A stretch of 64,000 nucleotides of DNA, from positions 1 through 64,000 of the forward strand of contig CBDCCZ010000001.1 in NCBI GenBank assembly GCA_965215005.1, given 5' to 3'. This DNA is from Kofleriaceae bacterium (GTDB taxonomy: Bacteria > Myxococcota_A > Polyangia > Haliangiales > Haliangiaceae). How positions within the stretch are numbered: the first letter of the stretch is position 1; each line of letters opens with the position of its first letter. The notes under the pieces are model-generated. The model made no database searches and was not told the DNA's origin. It worked only from the letters and a program-made list of their open reading frames with translations. Shown here in pieces: positions 55,802 to 64,000 of this stretch. The position numbers and the translations under genes were made by a program.

Positions 55802-56749
55802 ATGAGCGGTGACGCCCAAACAAAGGCCAACCAGCAGTGCCAGCGCGTCCCGCATCCTCGTTGGCGCGCCCCGTACTTCGCCGGAGCCGTGCTCGCCGTG
55901 ACGCTGAGCGGCTGTCGCTGGTGCGGCGACGAGCCCTCGCGAGCGCTACCCGAGGACGCCACGCTTGCACTCGATGCCGCCGCGCCCGATGCCGGCCTCG
56001 AGGTCTACGCGTTCGCCGCCGACCTCGACGAGGTCAAAGCGCTGGCCTCGCTCGCGGCAGTGCCTGCGTGGCAAGCGGTGATCGACCGCGGCGAGTACCT
56101 GGCACGTCGCGACCGCAACGGGGTGGTTTGGGGCGTTTTGAGCAAGGTGGGCGAGCAGTATCTAGAGGTGGGCGAGCAGTATCTAGTCGATGAGACGCAG
56201 GGCCAGGGGGCGCTGGGAATCCGGCTCGTCACCTCGTTGCCGCATGGTCTCGAGGCCGGCGCGCGCATCGCGGTGCGTGGTAGTTGGCGGGTCGATGAGC
56301 AGCGCCGTTGGGCATGGCAGGCCTCTGAGATCTGGAAGCTCTCCGGGACCAATGAAGCGCTCGCGGATAGCTTCGTGCCCGGTCTCGCAATCGAAGCGGC
56401 GGCCGCGCCCGCGGGTGCGTCGCTGGTGTCATCGGTCGAGGAAGCGGGGCCCATCGTCTTTCAAGTGGTGAGCGCGCCGGTCAAACAGGGCGATGGCTGG
56501 GAAATCGCCGATCAAACCAAAGGGCCGGCAACGGCAACACTGCGCTTGCCGGGCTCCGAGCTCGCGTATGGTGCACAAGATTATCGCGGCCACGATGAGC
56601 GTTGGCGTCTCGAGCGCGGCATCACCTACGTGGTGTGGGTCGCGCCGTTCCGCAATCGCCGCTACAACGGCAGACTGCGTCTCGAGGCCGTGAATGCGCC
56701 CAAGGCACTCAGCGGGCCGTGGCAGCCTGCCGACGCCGGGGTTCCGTAG
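55802..56749 (+). CDS. Hypothetical lipoprotein
   Basis: Hydrophobic stretch ending LSGC; start uncertain. Confidence 0.65.
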   Translation: MSGDAQTKANQQCQRVPHPRWRAPYFAGAVLAVTLSGCRWCGDEPSRALPEDATLALDAAAPDAGLEVYAFAADLDEVKALASLAAVPAWQAVIDRGEYLARRDRNGVVWGVLSKVGEQYLEVGEQYLVDETQGQGALGIRLVTSLPHGLEAGARIAVRGSWRVDEQRRWAWQASEIWKLSGTNEALADSFVPGLAIEAAAAPAGASLVSSVEEAGPIVFQVVSAPVKQGDGWEIADQTKGPATATLRLPGSELAYGAQDYRGHDERWRLERGITYVVWVAPFRNRRYNGRLRLEAVNAPKALSGPWQPADAGVP

Positions 56750-56782
56750 CAACGGCTGGCGACGTGCTAACCTTGGCATTCG

Positions 56783-57649
56783 ATGATCGTCGAGTGCCCG
56801 GGGTGCAAGAGCCGGTACGACGTCGCTGGACGCCCCGCCGGGACCCGTGGCCGATGCCGCTGCGGAACCATTTTTGCGATGCCTCATCCCGATCCGCAGG
56901 CAGGGCATCTGGCGTGCCCGCGGTGCGGAGCCAGCGTCGCGTGCAGTAACCACATCTGCGAGTTCTGCCGTGCCGAGCTGCTGGTGAAGGCGTGTCCTCG
57001 GTGTTTCGCGCGCGTCTTCCATGGCCATCGTCACTGCGGTGGTTGCGGCGCTGACGTAACCGTTCCGGCCGCCGCCGAGCCCGACGGCCAAGCTCGGCAG
57101 CGCCGGTGCCCGCGCTGTGAAAGCGTCGCGCTCGAGGGTCGACTCGTCGATGACGTGCTCCTCGATGAGTGTCCGAGCTGTCACGGTGTGTACGTGGATC
57201 ACGTCGCTCTCGAGCGCGTGGTCCAAGAGCGCAAGCAGGCGCGCGCCGAGTCGCTGCTCGGCGCATTGCCGAGCAAGGCGGTGAGCGAGGATGGCAGCGG
57301 CCGGGTTTACATCGAGTGCCCGGACTGCGATGCGCTCATGAATCGGCGCAACTTCGCCCGCGGTGCCGGTGTCATCATTGACGTGTGCCGCTTCCACGGC
57401 ACCTGGTTCGACGCCGACGAGCTGCCGCACGTGATCCGCTTCGTGATGCAAGGGGGCCTGGAGCAAGCGGCGCAAAAAGACGCCGAGCGGGCGCGTGATG
57501 AAGCGCGGCAAGCGGCTCGCTTGGCGCAGGCGATGCGATTTAGTGAGCCCAGCGGAGGTCGCGCCTCGGCTACGAGCGATGGTGCGAGCGCGGGCTCGGT
57601 GATAGTCGAGGCGCTAGCGCTGCTTGGTGCGCTACTGTTCGACGACTGA
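56783..57649 (+). CDS. Multi zinc-ribbon protein (zf-TFIIB-like)
   Basis: About nine CxxC pairs; D.C..CHG and DVC..HGTWFD..EL motifs. Confidence 0.85.
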   Translation: MIVECPGCKSRYDVAGRPAGTRGRCRCGTIFAMPHPDPQAGHLACPRCGASVACSNHICEFCRAELLVKACPRCFARVFHGHRHCGGCGADVTVPAAAEPDGQARQRRCPRCESVALEGRLVDDVLLDECPSCHGVYVDHVALERVVQERKQARAESLLGALPSKAVSEDGSGRVYIECPDCDALMNRRNFARGAGVIIDVCRFHGTWFDADELPHVIRFVMQGGLEQAAQKDAERARDEARQAARLAQAMRFSEPSGGRASATSDGASAGSVIVEALALLGALLFDD

Positions 57650-57659
57650 GGTCGCAATC

Positions 57660-58610
<951 letters not shown>

Positions 58611-58627
58611 CTGGGTGTGCCTGAGCT

Positions 58628-59155
58628 ATGCCGGTGGATACCGATCATCCCAAAGCGACCACTTTGCGTGAGCTCCTCTTGGAGCTGCGCCAAGGGTACA
58701 CGCTGCATAAGCCGATTCTCATCGAGGTCGAGCCGGGCGCGAACGTCGCGCCCGAGGCCACGATCGATCGGACGATGACGCTGCGCAAGCCGCTCGACTG
58801 GGCCGAGCAGTACGGTCGCGAGTACGCGGGGCATTCGTTTTTGGTGCTTGGGCCCAACACGCTGTCTGCCGGTCTCGAGAGCCCGGTAACGATTGGTCGC
58901 AGCCGACGTTGCGACGTCCGCATCGAAAACGATTCGGTGAGCAAGGTCCACGGCTCCGTCGTCTTCGATCGAACGTCCGGCGAGTACTACATCGTCGACG
59001 AGAGCTCGCGAAACGGCACCTGCATCAACGGCGAACCGCTGGCCGCCGGTGTGCCCCAGGCCATATGGTCGGGTGCCTACGTGAGCTTTGGTGACGCAGT
59101 ATTCGTGTTCATCGATCCGCCAACGTTGCGAAAGCTGTCGAAGATCGCTGTATGA
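58628..59155 (+). CDS. FHA-domain protein
   Basis: IGR..CD..SVSKVH..SRNGT.ING. Confidence 0.9.
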   Translation: MPVDTDHPKATTLRELLLELRQGYTLHKPILIEVEPGANVAPEATIDRTMTLRKPLDWAEQYGREYAGHSFLVLGPNTLSAGLESPVTIGRSRRCDVRIENDSVSKVHGSVVFDRTSGEYYIVDESSRNGTCINGEPLAAGVPQAIWSGAYVSFGDAVFVFIDPPTLRKLSKIAV

Positions 59156-59203
59156 GTGAGCTGCGGTGTTGACGCCACGCCGTTTCACCGGCACGAAGAG
59201 CTC

Positions 59204-60220
59204 GTGAGAACATTCCTTTGGGCATTGGCCGTGCTTGCGATGGTCTCGGCCTGCGAGAAAGATGAGTTGCGCGTTCAGACCGACAGCGAGGTCGGCGGCG
59301 ACTATGGTCGCAGCGAGCTGCTCGCGGCCATTGAGACGTATACCGCCGCGAAACGCACTCCAGAGGCGTATCGCAAGCTCGCCACCGACCTCGATGCGCT
59401 GCGCGAGCGCTTCCACGCCGAGGTTGCCGCCGATGCGGAACGCAACCTGGTGATCTTGGCCCTCGAGCCGCTCAAGAGCCAATTCGATGCGCCGCTCGCC
59501 GAGCAGGCCGAGATTCTAGCCACGACGGTCTGGCCCACGGCGCTCGAGGTCGAGCCGCTCCCCGATGAGACGCCACAGGCTTATATGGAGCGAATCTGCG
59601 GCGCGCAGCTGGCGCTCGTCTGTAAATCGGTGGCGAGCCAGTATCGCGAGCTGGTACTGGCTCGCGAGGTCTGGGAACGGTTCAAAGATCGCGCACGCGA
59701 AGCAGTGCAGCGCTGTCAGGTGTGCGACGGCAACTTTGCGGCGGTGGTGACCGAATTTGAGCGACACGAGAATCAGCTGTCGCAGCGTCTGGGTGCTCTG
59801 GACGGCGCCGAGGAGATCTCCAACTGGCCCATCGCCGGGGCCAACGCCTCGACTTGGGCAGAGCCGCCACTGTTCGAGGTCGCCGAAGATGGCTCGGCGC
59901 GGCTGACAGGACAGCCAGTGGCGCCGGGGCAGTGGCTCGACGCGCTACGCGCCCTCGATACGGAGCGCGAGGTGCTCGGGGTCTATCTGCGGCCTACGGC
60001 GCGCGTGCGGGTGCTTCAGGCCGTCGTCAACGACGCGCGTGAAGCGGGGTTTGCCGAGCTGGCGCTGCTAGCGCGCGATAAAGAGTACCCCTATACGCGG
60101 CGGCAATACCGTTTGCCGCTGCGCTCGCGCGTGCGGCTGCCGGTGCGCGACTTCGAGACGATTCAGGTGCTGATGCAGGCGCTCGATGCGGCTGCCGCGC
60201 CAGCTGGCCGCGGCGCGTGA
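59204..60220 (+). CDS. Hypothetical lipoprotein with possible ExbD/TolR-like C-terminal domain
   Basis: VSAC lipobox after GTG 59204; V..DG..L.G..V..L..V..A..AGF..L.L pattern. Confidence 0.6.
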   Translation: MRTFLWALAVLAMVSACEKDELRVQTDSEVGGDYGRSELLAAIETYTAAKRTPEAYRKLATDLDALRERFHAEVAADAERNLVILALEPLKSQFDAPLAEQAEILATTVWPTALEVEPLPDETPQAYMERICGAQLALVCKSVASQYRELVLAREVWERFKDRAREAVQRCQVCDGNFAAVVTEFERHENQLSQRLGALDGAEEISNWPIAGANASTWAEPPLFEVAEDGSARLTGQPVAPGQWLDALRALDTEREVLGVYLRPTARVRVLQAVVNDAREAGFAELALLARDKEYPYTRRQYRLPLRSRVRLPVRDFETIQVLMQALDAAAAPAGRGA

Positions 60221-60225
60221 ACCGC

Positions 60226-60798
60226 TTAGCGAACTTTGAGCGGGCTCACGCCAGTGAGGGTAAGGTTGCCGGCGGCGTCGATGTGAATCTCGGCCTCAGG
60301 GGTCGCTTCTACCGCAGCGCGGTCATAGCGGTTACTGAGGAGGTGGATGCGCTGATTCGACGAGCCGCGCAAGCCGCGTCCGAGGCGCTGGGGCGCCACA
60401 TATCGGCCATCGATCAACACGTCGAGGTTCGCGAGCAGGTCCGCGCCGCAAGGCTGAGCTCGAATCTCCTCGAGGGTGTAGCCGGAGAACGCCAGGGTTG
60501 AGAGCGAGGTGCGGGTGCGGACCTCGCGGAGCAAGGCCAGCACCCCTTGCGGCTGCTCAAATGGCTCGCCGCCGGAAAGCGTGAGCCCCTCGATGCGCCC
60601 GCCCTCGGCTTGTAGCCAGCCGAGCACCTCGTCCACGCCGACGTGCTGGGTTGCTTCGCTGCGATGGGTGGCGGGATTGAAGCATCCCGGGCAGCCGAGC
60701 GAGCAGCCTTGCATCCAAAGCGTGAAGCGCGAGCCGGGACCATTGGCCCGGCTGCGCGGCTGCCACGCGTGGAGTCTCAGCGACAGCGCAGACCGCAC
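60226..60798 (-). CDS. NrdG-like radical SAM / 4Fe-4S single-cluster protein
   Basis: NGPG.R..W.QGCSLGCPGCFN, SGGEP, DG.Y, GSSNQ. Confidence 0.9.
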   Translation of the reverse strand: MRSALSLRLHAWQPRSRANGPGSRFTLWMQGCSLGCPGCFNPATHRSEATQHVGVDEVLGWLQAEGGRIEGLTLSGGEPFEQPQGVLALLREVRTRTSLSTLAFSGYTLEEIRAQPCGADLLANLDVLIDGRYVAPQRLGRGLRGSSNQRIHLLSNRYDRAAVEATPEAEIHIDAAGNLTLTGVSPLKVR

Positions 60799-60800
60799 GG

Positions 60801-62648
60801 CTACTTGGGAGCCGGCGGAGGAATGGCGGGCGCTGCACGCCGCCCCGCCGCGGAGCCGGTGACGTCGAGCTCTTTGAACAGCAAGTTGGGCGTTATCACC
60901 GCGCTCTCGACCCCGCCCGACGGCACGAAGCCCTCGGGGGTGCCGCCGCTGATCTTGTGCTCGACCCACATCTCCGGAGAGGCCAGAAAATTGGCTACGA
61001 ACTTGTCGCGACCTGCCGCGACGATGTCTTTCCAGGCGCGAATATCGACCTCTTTGAGCTGAACGCCACGCACTAGCTCTTCTTTGCCGGTGGGATACAC
61101 GCGGTACGCCAAGCTCACGGGCGGCGGCGCGAGAACATCCGTGGTGCGAAACAGCCGAATGAGCTGCGGCTTGCTCAGCTCGGGGGCGGCGGTGATCGCC
61201 GCGTCGTCGAAGCCGCGAATGATGAGGCCATACTCGAGCCCCTGCCGCTTCACTTCCGCCAGCAGACGCTGCTTGAGTTGCGCATCGGATAGCCCGCGGC
61301 GCGCCTCTACGAATAGGTTGGTGGCGCTGCCGTGGAAGACGCCGCCGGGCCCGGTGCGCCGGGCATGGCCGTTGGAGCCGGCGAAGTCCTGCGACGGGGT
61401 GCGGCTGGTGAGCAGCGAGACCAGCTTGCCGTTGGCGACGACCTGCACCCGCTTGGCCGGAACGCCTTCATCATCGAGCTTGTACGCGCCGATGAGGGCG
61501 CGGTTGCCAGCCGAGCGCGCGGTCGGATCGTCGATGAGGGTCAGCTCGGGTGCGAGCACCCGCAGGTTCTTCTTACCCGCTAGGGCGCCGCCAAACATCT
61601 TCGCTTCTTGCGGCGTCATACCCGCCGGAACGGGGGTGCCACCGAGATTGCCGGCCAACGTGTAGCGGACCATGTCGGCTGCGCCTTGATCATCGAACAG
61701 CACCGGGCCGGAGTAGTTCTCCATCACGGGAGCAGTGCGCAACGCGGCGAGAGTGGAGGCCAATTTCTTGGCTTCGTCGATCAGCTCAGCGTCACTGGGC
61801 AGATCGGCCGCGGTGATCCCGTAGCGCGTGAAATGCAGCGCCAACTCCTGACCATCCTCGGCCTGCCCCGAGGCGGTGATGACGACACCGCTCACGCGAC
61901 GCGTATCGGTGGCGCTGGTGCCTTCGCTGTTCAAGTACCAGCGCCGCTCTAGAAAGCTCGTGAACGCCACCCTCGAGTCGCGGACGTGGTCTACGCCGCG
62001 GAACACCGCCGAGATTTTCTGCGCGCGATCTTCAAGAGTCGAGAGCTCTTCGAGCTTGGCAACCAGCACCTGCTCATCCGAGACGAACGGCTCTTCCTTG
62101 GTATAGCTCGCCACGCCTGGTCGAGCGCCGCCGGTGCGCTGCGCCTCTTGCTTGGTTCGCAGCTGCAAGAGCGCTTCTTTATAGGCTGCATCGGTGGCCA
62201 GCCAGGTGGCGCGACTGGCGAGGCGCGGAGTCGCCTCGAGCGGCAGCTGGATCGTTGCGATCCCATCGATGAACTCGCCTTGCGGAATCACGAAGTTCGA
62301 GTTGTCGAAGGTGTAGTCGCCGACGTGAGCGTGGGTGTCGAGATTGACGAAGTGGCGGTCCTTGCGCGCCGTGGTCTGGCCAAGAGTCGCAGCGACGTCG
62401 TTGACCTCGACCTCGGTGAGCTTGTAGCCGAGGAAGTAGGGCGACTCTTCGCCGGGGATGGTGAGCGCGGATAGGGCGCGGCCCATTTCGCTCGCTACGG
62501 CATCCACCGTGGAGTTGGTGATGGCTTTGGAAGGCCCGGCGCCGTCAGCTTCTGCGACGTCTTTGGCGGGCCGCTTGCCCGCGCTCGCCGGGCTCAAGAT
62601 CAAGCTGCTGATGGCGAGGGCGGCGCCAAGCTCGTGCAGTAGGCGCAT
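60801..62648 (-). CDS. TldE/PmbA-like protein with signal peptide
   Basis: DDEGVP, SNGHARR, EELVRG; lacks HExxxH; coupled to the TldD-like gene. Confidence 0.8.
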   Translation of the reverse strand: MRLLHELGAALAISSLILSPASAGKRPAKDVAEADGAGPSKAITNSTVDAVASEMGRALSALTIPGEESPYFLGYKLTEVEVNDVAATLGQTTARKDRHFVNLDTHAHVGDYTFDNSNFVIPQGEFIDGIATIQLPLEATPRLASRATWLATDAAYKEALLQLRTKQEAQRTGGARPGVASYTKEEPFVSDEQVLVAKLEELSTLEDRAQKISAVFRGVDHVRDSRVAFTSFLERRWYLNSEGTSATDTRRVSGVVITASGQAEDGQELALHFTRYGITAADLPSDAELIDEAKKLASTLAALRTAPVMENYSGPVLFDDQGAADMVRYTLAGNLGGTPVPAGMTPQEAKMFGGALAGKKNLRVLAPELTLIDDPTARSAGNRALIGAYKLDDEGVPAKRVQVVANGKLVSLLTSRTPSQDFAGSNGHARRTGPGGVFHGSATNLFVEARRGLSDAQLKQRLLAEVKRQGLEYGLIIRGFDDAAITAAPELSKPQLIRLFRTTDVLAPPPVSLAYRVYPTGKEELVRGVQLKEVDIRAWKDIVAAGRDKFVANFLASPEMWVEHKISGGTPEGFVPSGGVESAVITPNLLFKELDVTGSAAGRRAAPAIPPPAPK

Positions 62649-64000
62649 CAGTTGGTTCCTTCCGTGATCGCTGGCGACGGCAGAATCGGTGGCCGATCCG
62701 CTTCTTTGAATCCGCGCTCGATCTCGAGCTTTTCGATGAGCAAGCTGGGCGCCGAGGCCGATACCGGCACCCAGCCCGACTCGGCGCCACACATCCCGTT
62801 GAACGTTTCCACGTCGCGGCTCGCGGCCATGATGGAGCCGAGCGCGATGAGCGGCGTACCGACGATGTCGACGCCGCGGACCAGCTCACGGCGACCATCG
62901 GGATAGAGCCTGTATGCCATCACTGGGTTGACCTTGAACGACTGCGGGGTGAAGCGGCTGGTGAGCGTGAAGCCGCCGCTGATGTCGCTAAAGATCATGC
63001 CGAACGGTTTCTTTTGGCGCTTGATCTCGTCGATGAGCAGCTTTTCGAGCTCTTCTTCGGGCACCGAGCGGGATGCCTCGACTACTAGATTGCCCTGCCG
63101 GCTCACGCTAAACAAGCCCGGCTGCTTGCGGCCATGGCCATTGGAGTGCGGAAAGCCTTCGACCGGATCGCGGCCCTGGACGAACCCACGCAACACGCCG
63201 TCTTCCACTAGCATTGCGCGCTGAGCGCGCACGCCTTCATCATCGAAGTGATAGAAGCCGTTTAGCTGCTCACCGTTGAGCTTGGTGATGGTCGGGTCGT
63301 CATAGACCGACAGCCACGGCGGCATGATGCGCTCACCGACTTTGGTCGAAAACGTTTGGCCGCTGGTATCAGCCGTCTGGCGATGGCCTTCGATGCGGTG
63401 CCCAAAGACCTCGTGGAAGAACACCGCCGCGGCGCGCCCTTCGAGAATCGCCGGGCCGACGTATGGATCCACCACCGGCGCTTCATGCAGCGCATCGAGA
63501 TCGGTGGTGACCTCGGCAATCATGGTGTCGAGCTCGGCACCGCTCGGCAAGTCGCCCGGTTGGCGGCCGAACCGCTGTTCGAGGCGATGCAGCTGCATGC
63601 CGTCATCGGCCTTTACGCCCACCGAGATCGACAGCATCGAGCTTGGCCACGACCGCTGCAACTGCGTGCCTTCGGAGTTGACCATGTAGACCGTGTTGAC
63701 CTCAAAGTCGACGCGACAGGTAGCGCGGGTGGCGACGCCGCGAAACGCCCGCTTCGAGCATTCCTTGACCCGCTGCTCCCACTGCGATCGGTCGAGCTCG
63801 AGCTCAGCTTGCCGCTGGATGTAGATCTCGGGCTTCTCGTGCACGAAGTCGGGAACCTTTTGCTTCTCGGCCAACATGCTGGCGTCTTGTTTGACGGCAC
63901 CGAGCGCTTGCACCGCTTCGCGATAGCGTCGATCGGTCTCGAGCCACAGCGAATGGCTTACGGCCAGCGGATCGGCGGAAAAAGGTACCGTTCCGCGGCG
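62648..64000 (-). CDS. TldD-family metalloprotease (runs off window end)
   Basis: FFHEVFGHRIE, FDDEGV, SNGHGR, CGAESG.VPVS..P. Confidence 0.9.
   Translation of the reverse strand, partial: RRGTVPFSADPLAVSHSLWLETDRRYREAVQALGAVKQDASMLAEKQKVPDFVHEKPEIYIQRQAELELDRSQWEQRVKECSKRAFRGVATRATCRVDFEVNTVYMVNSEGTQLQRSWPSSMLSISVGVKADDGMQLHRLEQRFGRQPGDLPSGAELDTMIAEVTTDLDALHEAPVVDPYVGPAILEGRAAAVFFHEVFGHRIEGHRQTADTSGQTFSTKVGERIMPPWLSVYDDPTITKLNGEQLNGFYHFDDEGVRAQRAMLVEDGVLRGFVQGRDPVEGFPHSNGHGRKQPGLFSVSRQGNLVVEASRSVPEEELEKLLIDEIKRQKKPFGMIFSDISGGFTLTSRFTPQSFKVNPVMAYRLYPDGRRELVRGVDIVGTPLIALGSIMAASRDVETFNGMCGAESGWVPVSASAPSLLIEKLEIERGFKEADRPPILPSPAITEGTN

Overview
GC-rich bacterial chromosomal window, probably Myxococcota (inferred from the Ser/Thr kinases, CheB-CheR hybrid kinase, sigma54 promoters and many lipoproteins). 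It carries the rpsB-tsf-pyrH-frr operon, purT, fatty-acid/acyl-CoA catabolism genes, a Cu P-type ATPase and several signalling loci. Accessory islets lie at 6-9.6 kb and 16-22.4 kb, with one full-length IS3 and remnants of IS21 IstB, RAYT-type, ISAs1 and ISAzo13 transposases. Most notable: (1) a histidine kinase whose N-terminus keeps, ungapped, all seven ETR1 ethylene/copper-binding residues, heading a translationally coupled three-gene phosphorelay; (2) two tandem double-glycine-leader peptide ORFs behind a sigma54 promoter, upstream of a PLA2-like lipoprotein; (3) a 144-bp direct repeat of a gene 3' end bracketing a compositionally chimeric receptor kinase; (4) two FadR(YsiA)-like operators; (5) repeated leaderless promoter architecture. 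No rRNA, tRNA or CRISPR array was recognised. All family calls are by-eye motif recognition; no searches were run.
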